A stretch of DNA of 58,408 bases, counting the filler, from Fonticula-like sp. SCN 57-25 (Eukaryota): the NCBI GenBank assembly GCA_001724245.1. It is 5 parts of 5 records of this genome, joined end to end, with 100 filler letters (N's around TTAATTAATTAA, not from the genome) between each part and the next. Parts side by side here need not be neighbours in the genome. Positions count along the whole stretch, not along the records: positions 46,779 to 58,408 come from MEDX01000204.1; 4 more parts are not named here. One strand, given 5' to 3'. Shown here piece by piece: positions 49,553-58,408 of the stretch. A model generated the notes under the pieces. That model made no database searches, was not told where the DNA came from, and saw nothing but the letters and a program-made list of their open reading frames with translations. Position 1 is the stretch's first letter; each line of letters begins with the position of its first letter. The translations under genes and the position numbers were made by a program.

Positions 49553-50254
49553 CCTGGCGGCGTGCCTCGAAGCGCTCGCGGCGAAACAACTTCAAACAAC
49601 ACTGATCAACAAACAATCGCGATCCAGCTCAATCGCGATCCAGGATCGAAACATGCGCCTGCAACCTGCAGCGAGCTGTAAACAACAAAAAAAGGTTGAT
49701 ATTCATGCGGCAACAGTGGACAATGCGAGCGCAAAATGTGTACGTGTACTTTGGCATGGGATGGGGCAAATAGGTCAAAGAATTTGTGATTGTACACCGC
49801 CAAGAAAACAATATAAAATGTGAAATCAAAACATGACGAAAAAGAGGTTCGACAAGATATTGCATCAGGATAGGGATGGAGATGGGGTGCAAACGAAAAA
49901 GAGATAGAGAAACGGCACATATAGGCCGACATGCAAAGAAAAAAAAGGTCGGAGCGGAGGCCAGCACAAGGCGAAATAGGCACACTTGCGCAGAAACCAT
50001 TGGCAGGCCACCGCGCTTGAACGTAGAGGAAGGCGACAAAAAGGCGAAGAAGAAAAACAACAGGGGAGGCGACCGACCTGACCCAGCGTAGAGCTCGAGT
50101 GCAGCAAGTGGCGAACAAGCCGGCAGAAGCAACCATCAACAAAAAAGCAACTCAACAAACGTATCTTTTCTCGGGACGTAACCAGAGAGTGGCAGCGGGA
50201 AACACAGCGAGACTATGCTCGCGACCACGTGTTATCCGACAAAGAGCCGCCCGC

Positions 50255-51543
50255 CTACTCGATGAGGCGCAGCTGGCGCGAGGTGGAGCTCTGGCTGGTC
50301 GACTCGAGCTCCGTCGACGCGATCGCGGTCGGCTTATTGTCCTTCTTCTTATTGAGGTGCTCCTTGAGGCCGCGGCCAAAGTTGAGATTGCAGCGGATGG
50401 TGACGATCGTCGTCAAGACAATCATTAACAGACCAAGCACGGCTGCACAGCAACAGTCAGCAAAGCGCGTAAAAAAGTGCTTAACGTAGCGTACCAAAGA
50501 GCGTCAAGAACTTGCCCGAGCCCTCATACTTCCACATCTGATCCGGCTGGTAGATGCGGATGATCTTGAAGAGGAAGTAGGCAAACGCCGCCGCGAGACT
50601 GAGGTACCAGATGCCCATCAGAATCTTGTTCTCCTTACGCACGGCATAGATAGCCAGCAGGAGCATGCAGAGCGAGAAGGGAAGCGCGACGATGGTCAAG
50701 CCAAACTCGGGATCGTCCAGGCTCCGCACGACCAGCACGATGAACTGGACCGTGAAGGCGACAAAGAAGAAAAAGTCAAACTTGAGGAGCATGACAAACA
50801 CAAGGTACGACTGGTACATGGCTGAGAAAAGACGAGGAAAAAGTCAGCAAAGCAGCAGCGCGGCAAGAAAAAACGCACCAAGAGTCTTAGGATCGGCACC
50901 GATGCGCTTGAAGATGGTCCAGCCAAACTCGAGGTAGAGCTTGTACGCGATCCAGGCGTACACAACAAGGCAGGTCGCCTGCACGGCAATGGTCGTGATC
51001 AGGTAAGGCTGCATCAGCGGGAAGGGATCGTTCGGTTGAAGCAGGAGGTTGTAGCTCGTGGCGGCGCGGACGGCATCCTGAATCTGGACATACTCAAACG
51101 CCGAAAAGGCGACGAGAGCAGCGACAAAGGCGAGGTGACCAAAGATTTGAATTGTGTTTTCGTCGACGAGCTAAAGTCGAGCATGTCAGCCATCGGGTCA
51201 GGTGTTGACTGGTTCAAATGTGGGGTCACGTACAGCGTTGACGGCGAGGACGAGCTGGAAGATCTGAGAAAAGCAGAAAATAAAGAGGTAGACAACGATC
51301 GACTTGCCAGAGCCGCTATCCACGCTGTTGGTGGTAACGTCAATGTGCTGCATGAAGATGGACGCGATCACCGCCTGGAGCGCAATCACGACGACAAGCT
51401 GGAGGATGGAGACACCCAAGTTGGCCCAGCCATACCGGGAGAATTTCTTATGAAGAAAAGAGCAAAAAGAAGTCAAGGAAACGAGTCAGTCTCTACCGCA
51501 AAATAAAGAGGGGCAAGGTAGCGGTACGTACGTGCATCTGCAT
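50255..51543 (-). CDS. UPF0658-type multi-pass (Golgi) membrane protein
   Basis: KLYLEFGWTIFKRIGADPK..MYQSYLVFVMLLKFDFFFFVAFTVQF, YFLFKIIRIY, CNLNFGRGLKEHL. These motifs are recalled from fungal UPF0658 proteins. Confidence 0.75.
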
Positions 51544-51869
51544 GGCTCTAGTCTGCTAGCAAAGTGTGCCTGCGTGTTGTCCACGGGCAAACCAAACAGC
51601 AAAATCCAAAACCAACTGACGAGGCGGAGCAAAGAGAAATCGCCCCGACAAGCACCCAAGTCAAAGACAGCCCAACCTGCGGACGATCTCTGTTCAAGGA
51701 AGACGACGAGTGACCTGCTTACCCACGCCGCACGACCACCCAGGAAAGAGGAGGCGCGCAGGGATCCACGAACGACGGAAGAAGGGGACACCTAAAATTC
51801 CTTTTCGTCCAGGGTGTTCGACCTTGTCCCCCCCAGATGATTCATTCGACATTACCAATATGGCAAGGG

Positions 51870-51965
51870 GGATTCAAATTAAACTACCCTGTGCCGCACG
51901 ACGGTTGACCATGATTGGATGAGATCGCGCGTTCGCGAGAATTGGCCGGTGTTCCAATCGCGATC
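51870..51965. promoter_or_regulatory. CCAAT-box cluster with CGCG elements in the divergent UPF0658/MCM4 promoter
   Basis: TGATTGGAT (~51912), AATTGGCC (~51940), TTCCAATCG (~51952), TCGCGCG/TTCGCGA between them, ATTCAAA (CHR-like) near 51872. Confidence 0.45.
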
Positions 51966-52126
51966 CATGAAATTGCCGGATCGCGATCTGTCAAGAAGGA
52001 GGGAGAAAACTGAAAAGTGAGACTTTTTCAGGTTGACAGCGTCGGGGTTGCTGAAAGGGGCGCGTAAGATTTTGCGGTTGCCGGGTAGACAAGGCCGGCC
52101 ACTTTTACGCACTCGACCAACCTACA

Positions 52127-55051
52127 ATGTCGTCACCGGACGGCTCGCCGCGTCGCTCTTCGCGGCGTTCGGCCGCGTCCAGCAGCGACGTGCGACTCCC
52201 TACGAGCGACGATGATGCGCCCTCGCCGAGGCCGCAGCGCGGCGGCCGCGCAACCGCGCCGCGCATGTCGGCACTCCACACGTCCGATATGTCCTCGCCC
52301 ATGAACCTGCCCGACTCATCTCCGGCGGGCCAGCCGGCTTCGGCGGGGAGCAGCGCCGGCGGGCAGCTGTTTGGATCGACGCCGCTGGCGCCGGCCACGC
52401 TCAGCTCGCCGCTGATGCAGAATTTCGGGAGGCAGAGCCCTCGTACTGAGCTGCAGGGCCTCAACAGGCGCTTGGCGTCGCGCGCTGCGGAGAGCGGCGT
52501 GTCTTTTTCTGCCACTGGATCGTCGCCGCGCGTGCCTGGATCGGACAATGACCCGATGGCCAACGCCATTATTTGGGGCACAACGGTGCACATCAACGCC
52601 ACGATGGAGGCCTTCCGCTCTCTCTTGACAAACTTTACGCTCCCCGGCGAAGACATGCCGTACTACCTCCACCAGTTTGAGCTTGTGCGTTGTTTTTTGG
52701 CGCTTTTCTTTGCTTTCTGCTGACACTTTTTCCAGATGCACGACACGTCCACCTGGCATCTGAACCTTGACTGCCAGCATCTGCAGCAGCACCCCCCCTC
52801 GCGCGGTCTCTACGACCAGCTCGTCAAGTACCCCCAGGAAGTAATCACGCTCATGGACGGCGTCGCTCTCGACGAGTTCTGCCGCCATCTCCGCATCACA
52901 TCCCGCGAAGAAGCGCGCGTCCAAGTCCGCACCTTCAACCTCGAAAAAGCCACCAACCTTCGCGACCTCAACCCCGAAGACATTGACAAGCTCGTCCGCA
53001 TCAAAGGCCTCATTATCCGCACGAGCCCCGTCATCCCCGACATCAAGCAAGGCTTTTTCCGCTGCACCATGTGCGACACCAAGCGCGAGGTCGCCGTCGA
53101 CCGCGGCCGCATCGAAGAGCCCGTGCGCTGCGACGTCTGCCAGGGCGCGCGCACGTACGTTCTCGTGCACAACCTGAGCAAGTTTTCCGACAAGCAGATT
53201 GTGCGACTCCAAGAGACGCCCGACTCTGTCCCGAACGGCCAGACGCCGCACACTGTCACGCTCATGGCGTACGACGACACTGTCGACGTGCCGCGCCCCG
53301 GTGACCGCGTCGAAGTCACTGGCATTTACCGCGCGATGCCCGTGCGCCCCAACCCCCGCCAGCGCGCCGTCCGCTCCGTGTACCGCACCTACATTGACGT
53401 GCTGCACTACAAGATGACGGACGCCAAGCGCGTGCGCGCGACTCGCGCCGACATTGACCCCGACGACACGGCCGCGCCACTCGAGGGCCACAAGGGCGAC
53501 TCTGAGGACTTGCCGGCCGAGGTCGTCGAGCGCATCCAGGAGCTGTCGCGCGACCCCGACGTGTACGAGCGGCTCACGCGCTCGCTCGCCCCGAGCATTT
53601 TCGAGATGGAGGACGTCAAAAAGGGCGTTCTTTGCCAGCTGTTTGGCGGCACGACAAAGGCGTTCACAAAGGGCGGCGCCGGTCGCTTCCGCGGCGACAT
53701 CAACATTCTGCTGTGCGGCGACCCCGGCACGAGCAAGTCGCAGATGCTTCAGTATGTGCACAAGATTGCGCCGCGCGGCATCTACACTTCGGGCAAGGGC
53801 TCGTCGGCGGTCGGTCTCACGGCGTACGTCACAAAGGACCCAGAGACAAAGCTTTATGTGCTCGAGTCCGGCGCGCTCGTGCTCAGTGACGGCGGCGTGT
53901 GCTGCATTGACGAGTTTGACAAAATGTCGGATTCCGCGCGCGCAATCCTGCACGAAGTGATGGAACAGCAGACGGTTTCCATTGCAAAGGCGGGTATTAT
54001 TTGCACGCTCAATGCGCGCACTTCCATCTTGGCGTCGGCGAACCCGCTCAATTCGCGCTACGAGCCAGACAAGTCGGTCGTGCACAACGTGCAGCTGCCG
54101 CCGACGCTCATCTCGCGTTTTGACTTGCTCTACATTATTCTGGATTTGCCCAATCAGAATCACGATAGGCGGCTCGCGCAGCATATTTTGTCGCTGTATC
54201 AGGAGACGCCGCAGGTGAGGGCGGACGAGGGCGCGCTGCCGGTCGAGTTTTTGTCGCAGTACATTTCGTATGCGAGGGAGAATTGTAATCCGGTGCTGTC
54301 GGATGAGGCGGGAAGACAACTCGTCGCAAACTATGTCGGTGCGTAAAAGAGAAAGTGGGAAAATGGTGGGAAAGTGGGGGAAAATTGGAGGAACGTAGGG
54401 TTTTTTGGTGCATTTTGGATCATTTTTAGTGTTTTTTGTGTATTTTCGTGTCATTTTTGGTGTCATTTCTGGTGTCATTTTCGGACTGTTTTTGGTCAAT
54501 TATGTGCACTTTTCTGTGTTTTTCTGCCCTTTTAGTGTCCTTTCTCGTTTTTTCTCTGCTCTTTCCCTTCTAACGCTTTTTCAGAACTGCGCAAGCTCAG
54601 CGGCAGCCGCCACGTTTTCACCGCCTCCCCCCGCTCGCTCGAAGCCATGGTCCGCCTCGCCGAAGCCCGCGCCAAGATCCGCCTCTCGCCCGAAGTCGAC
54701 GTGAGCGACGTTGCCGAAGCCCTGCGCCTCTACAAGGCCGCCCTCAAGACGTTCGCCGTCGACCCCGCCACCGGCAAGCTCGATCTCGATCTCGCCTACA
54801 CGGGCAAGGCGGCGTCGGCGCGCGCCATGGTCCCGCAGATCGCGCGCATGGTCCGCGACTATTTGAGCGAGGGCGACAGGCACACAAAGACGCACAACAC
54901 GGCGCAGCTGTTCCAAGAGTTTAGAAAGTCGGGGGCGGCGGTGCCGAGGACGCTCGACATGGATCTGTTCAAGGATGCGCTGCGCGAGCTCGCGGCGAAC
55001 AATCACGTGTCGACGACAAACGACATGCGCACATTCACGTTTGCCCCGTAA
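52127..55051 (+). CDS. MCM4: Replicative helicase subunit MCM4, 3 exons
   Basis: S/TP-rich N-terminus, IIWGTTV, YPQEVI, QETPDSVPNGQTPHTV, Walker A CGDPGTSKSQ, Walker B CCIDEFDKM, SRFD arginine finger. Introns about 52685-52735 and 54340-54585. Confidence 0.97.
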
Positions 55052-55540
55052 GTGCTCATTTGGTCATTATGTGGCTATTTGGGGTCAGTTTGGGCGGTTT
55101 TTGCTCTTTTTACGGCGCTTTTACGGCGCTTTTGTGTACAGTTTCCCGCTTTGTGTTGCTCGCGATCTCTTGTTTTGTGTTGCAAGATCTCAATATTATT
55201 ACCAATATCATTTTGCCTAGTGTGTTTACTTCAGTATAAAGGTCCATAATTCGTGGTTGGAGTGAGTTTATTTCGAGTGCCAGGCAAGTATGCGCAGGCG
55301 GTCTAGTGGTAACAAGGCTATCATATCAACATTTACACAAACAACTGGGAAGGGCGCGAAGATGGCGCGCCCCGATATACTCTAAGGGACAACGGAAAAG
55401 CAAATATACACACGACAAATACTGGCGAGCAGCGGCATCGAATGTGTTTGGCGGAGAAGAGCGGCACGCTGCTTGCGCCTGATGGGCAAGATGCGCCATC
55501 AAGGGCAGACGGCCGACCTCTCGCGGCCCCATCCCGCGCC

Positions 55541-56113
55541 CTAGTTGGACGCGGTGGACCCGCGCGGCGAAAGGCTCTTGAAAAAGTGCTCGTCGACGGC
55601 ACGCTTGACGTCCTCGTAGTTGCGCGAGACGTCGAGGACAAAGACCTTTGACCGCGGGGATGCCAGCGAGGGCGCCGACTTGCGGGCGTCGATGGGCGAC
55701 GCCTCGGGCGAGAGAATGCCCGGCGGCGCGTGGCTCACCGAGATGGTGACGCTCGGCTCGTTCTGCGCGCCCCTTCTGCGCTTGAGGCTCTGGTGCGGCG
55801 CGAGCTGGGCCATGGCGTCCACCTTGACGCCCTCCTTGGCGAGCATGGCGGCAAACTCGGAGCGCTCGACGGGGTCAATGGGGCTCGTCGGCGAGCCGTC
55901 ATCGGACGTGCTAAGCATCACAGCCGCGGTAGACAAGGCGTCAAGCGGCGAAGCAAACTGCGCGGCGGCGGTTAACTCGGGAAAGACAAAGAAAGCAGGC
56001 GAGCGGCGTACCATGTTGGCGTGCTTGTAAAGTTGTCGGGACTCTTTGACCAGCTGACGAATCTTCTCTTCACAGGGCAAATCCCAGAAACCACACTCGT
56101 CGATCCTTGGCAC
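55541..56113 (-). CDS. Hypothetical protein (5' end uncertain, probable intron near 55960-56010)
   Basis: 190-aa ORF with coding-like GC content and a GTACGC..CAG intron. No family recognised. Confidence 0.45.
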   Translation of the reverse strand: MPRIDECGFWDLPCEEKIRQLVKESRQLYKHANMVRRSPAFFVFPELTAAAQFASPLDALSTAAVMLSTSDDGSPTSPIDPVERSEFAAMLAKEGVKVDAMAQLAPHQSLKRRRGAQNEPSVTISVSHAPPGILSPEASPIDARKSAPSLASPRSKVFVLDVSRNYEDVKRAVDEHFFKSLSPRGSTASN

Positions 56114-56952
56114 TCGCGCACAACGACAAAAAGTTCACACACAAAAAGGGGCGTTCCTCAACGTCTCCCACTCGCTCTCTCTCCCTCTTTCGCTCTCCTC
56201 TGCAAACAAGGATCGCCGCGCAAGGACAGCCGGCCCCGAAATACACGCCCAAGTGTGGCGCCCGGCTCGGTCAGGCGCCCCCGATTTCCGTCCGCAAAAG
56301 GCAGGTATTGTTGTTTAATTCGGCCCGTTTAGGCAAGTTTCTGACGCAGCAGGGAATGCGGAATGCGATTCGACGCCCCTAGCGATCGCCCCATCAATGG
56401 GCGAAATACCGATTCGCATATTGTGCGGTCGCATTCCCGCGCATTCCTGGCGGCGACAAAGGGGCAGAAGGGGCTGCGCGCGCGGTATGCAAAGCAGGAA
56501 TGCTAGGACGTTGCGGCTGAATGCGGACGCGGCGCCAGTTACACTACGGTGTATTATTAGAAGGGGGGGGAGGGGCTCGAGGGAAAGAGGTTGTGCGCGA
56601 GGGGGGGGGGCACGTGGGGCGAGGCCCGGGCGCCAAGAGAAGTGGTATTTTTAGAGGAGAAGGTTAACTGCAAACAAACAACACAGTGCTGGTGCCGCTC
56701 GTTGGTACATTGTACACTAGCTTGAATCATATGACTGAAAGTGACTCGAAAGAGACGGAATGTGCTCCGAAATAATAGAAGGTTCATCACAAATCGGAAA
56801 ACAAATCGGACAAACAAATCGAAGCTTTCGATTTTACAGGCACAACAACAAAAATTAATCATAACAACAAAGTTGCTTTCAAATCGGCTTTCTTTTCTAC
56901 TATGCCATTACTCTCTATTGTATGCATAAGTGTAATAATAATGAATACAATG

Positions 56953-58408
56953 TTACGCCATCGGGTACTTTTTCAAAAGCTCGCCAAACAAGATGAGCAC
57001 CATCTTGCGCGCCCCCCCGTGGATCTCCTCCGCCTGCACGCCCCTCGTCGGGATCCCCGCCGCCGCCATCATCTTGATCGCCACATTCAAATTGTCAATC
57101 ATATGCACAGGCAGCTTTGGCGCCTTTTGGTGCCGCGGCGCCGGCGTCCCAGTCACATCTTCCATGGCCGCGATGAGCACAAGCCCATCTCGAAGCGACT
57201 CGATCCCGTCCACATTCAGACCGCGGCCCGCCGTGTGCGCGCGCAGCCACGCAAACCCGTCGGCTTCCAGCTTGTCGGGGTTGTCGGGCGGCGGCGCGCT
57301 CTTCCGAACCGCCGCGGCGGCGTCCATTAAAAGTGACGCGTCGCCGATCATAGACATGCGGTGAGCGGCGCGCGCGGGCGGCGGCGGCGCCGCAACTGGC
57401 GCGTCCGACACTTCCGGCAAAACTGCCTTGGGCTTGGCGGACGACGGCGGCGGCGGCGGCGGCGGCTCGTCACTTTCCTCTTCCTTTTCCTCTTCCTCGG
57501 CGGCCGCGCGAACCGGTTTCAGTGCCTTTGACGGCACGTCCGGCGGGCCAGCAGCAACCGGCTTATGCCGCGGCGGCGCGTCGGGCGCCGGCTTGAGCGA
57601 CTTTGACGGCGGCTCTGGCGCAGCCGACGGCTTTGGCAGCGGCTCGGGGGCGAGCAAGGGCGAGTGGGACGGCTTCGGGAGCGGAATTGGCGCGTCGGGT
57701 TCGGCGTCGGCTGCGCGGGAATGCGGCTTGGCACTCGGCGTCGGCGCAGTCATCATTGGCTAAGGAAAAGTGTCAGAAAAACATGGTAAAAAGAGGGCAA
57801 AATAAGGCAAAAACATGATAAAAAGATGGCAAAAGGAAGGCAAAATAAGGCAATAGAAGGCAAAAACAAGGCAAAAGAAGGTAAAAAAGTGGTTTGTACC
57901 ATTGCAAAGGCGCCCGGGGGAAGTTTCTTTCTCGGAGCAGGCTCGGGAACTTCACTTTCCTCATTCGTGATCTTGCTTGTCGAAGGCTCAGAGGCAACTT
58001 CTTTCAGAGGCAACTTCTTCCTCATGAGGAATGTTCTTTTTCCGCGGTGCAGGCTCGGGCACGTGACCATCATCAGAAGGAATATTCTTCTTTCTCGGCA
58101 TCGGCTCAGGCACGTGACTCTCTTCTTCATGAGGAATATTCTTCTTTCTCGGTGCAGGCTCGGGAACATCAGCTTGCTCAGTCACCTGTGCCTTCTTTCT
58201 CGGTGCAGGCTCAGGCACGTGATCATCCTTCTTTCTCGGTGAAGGTTCAGGCACGTGATCATCCTTCTTCCTCGGCGAAGGTTCAGGCACGTGATCATCC
58301 TTCTTTCTCGGTGAAGGCTCAGGCACGTGATCATCATCAGCCTTCTTTCTCGGCTCCGGCTCTGGTACGTGATCATCCTTATGAATATTCTTCTTCCTCG
58401 GCATCGGC
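56953..58408 (-). CDS. C-terminal calponin-homology (CH) domain protein with PxxxPR repeat array; 5' end outside window
   Basis: CH signature FAWLRAH..SLRDGLVLIAAMEDVTG..HMIDNLNVAIKMM..AEEIHGG..LILFGELLKKY. Pro-rich linker, intron about 57760-57899, upstream exon built of VPEPxPRKK repeats. Confidence 0.85.
57920..58408 (-). repeat. Coding minisatellite, 36-54 bp units encoding (D/E)xHVPEPxPRKK
   Basis: About ten units visible. Near-perfect 36-bp units at about 58190-58335 (cttctttctcggtgaaggttcaggcacgtgatcatc). Confidence 0.92.

Noticed and set aside
52316-54499. 727-aa antisense ORF over MCM4
   Set aside because: Antisense shadow caused by codon bias; no independent coding features.
58190-58380. 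CRISPR-like 36-bp repeats
   Set aside because: Head-to-tail coding repeats without unique spacers, in a eukaryotic exon, with no cas genes.

Overview
Compact, GC-rich, intron-containing eukaryotic nuclear DNA. Gene content suggests a unicellular opisthokont (inference). The window is not one locus: five contigs of about 11-12 kb are joined by four identical 100-nt spacers (44 N + TTAATTAATTAA + 44 N), so gene order across spacers means nothing. Recognisable genes are an NCLX/CCX cation-Ca2+ exchanger, POLA2 (3' part), ARMC8, a MED24/Med5-like subunit, a GCNA/SprT-like protease, a WD40+SAM protein, a complete multi-exon IP3 receptor, an FHA protein, a sphingosine kinase-like enzyme, SNF5/SMARCB1, SLY1/SCFD1, ubiquilin, tRNA-Pro(CGG), VAMP4, PTEN, a UPF0658 membrane protein, MCM4 and a CH-domain protein. 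Most interesting observations: (1) a polycystin-1-like REJ/GAIN-GPS single-pass receptor gene, correctly spliced but carrying two in-frame TGA codons (one inside its signal peptide) and a 1-nt frameshift; (2) an IP3R whose selectivity filter reads GGGVSS instead of GGGVGD; (3) a Snf5 combining a yeast-type polyQ region with an animal-type winged-helix domain; (4) a CH-domain protein with an array of PxxxPR SH3-ligand motifs; (5) a strand-symmetric C-rich to G-rich gradient across several exons that flips synonymous codon usage. All family calls come from motif recognition by eye, with no database searches. Exon boundaries are manual and approximate.
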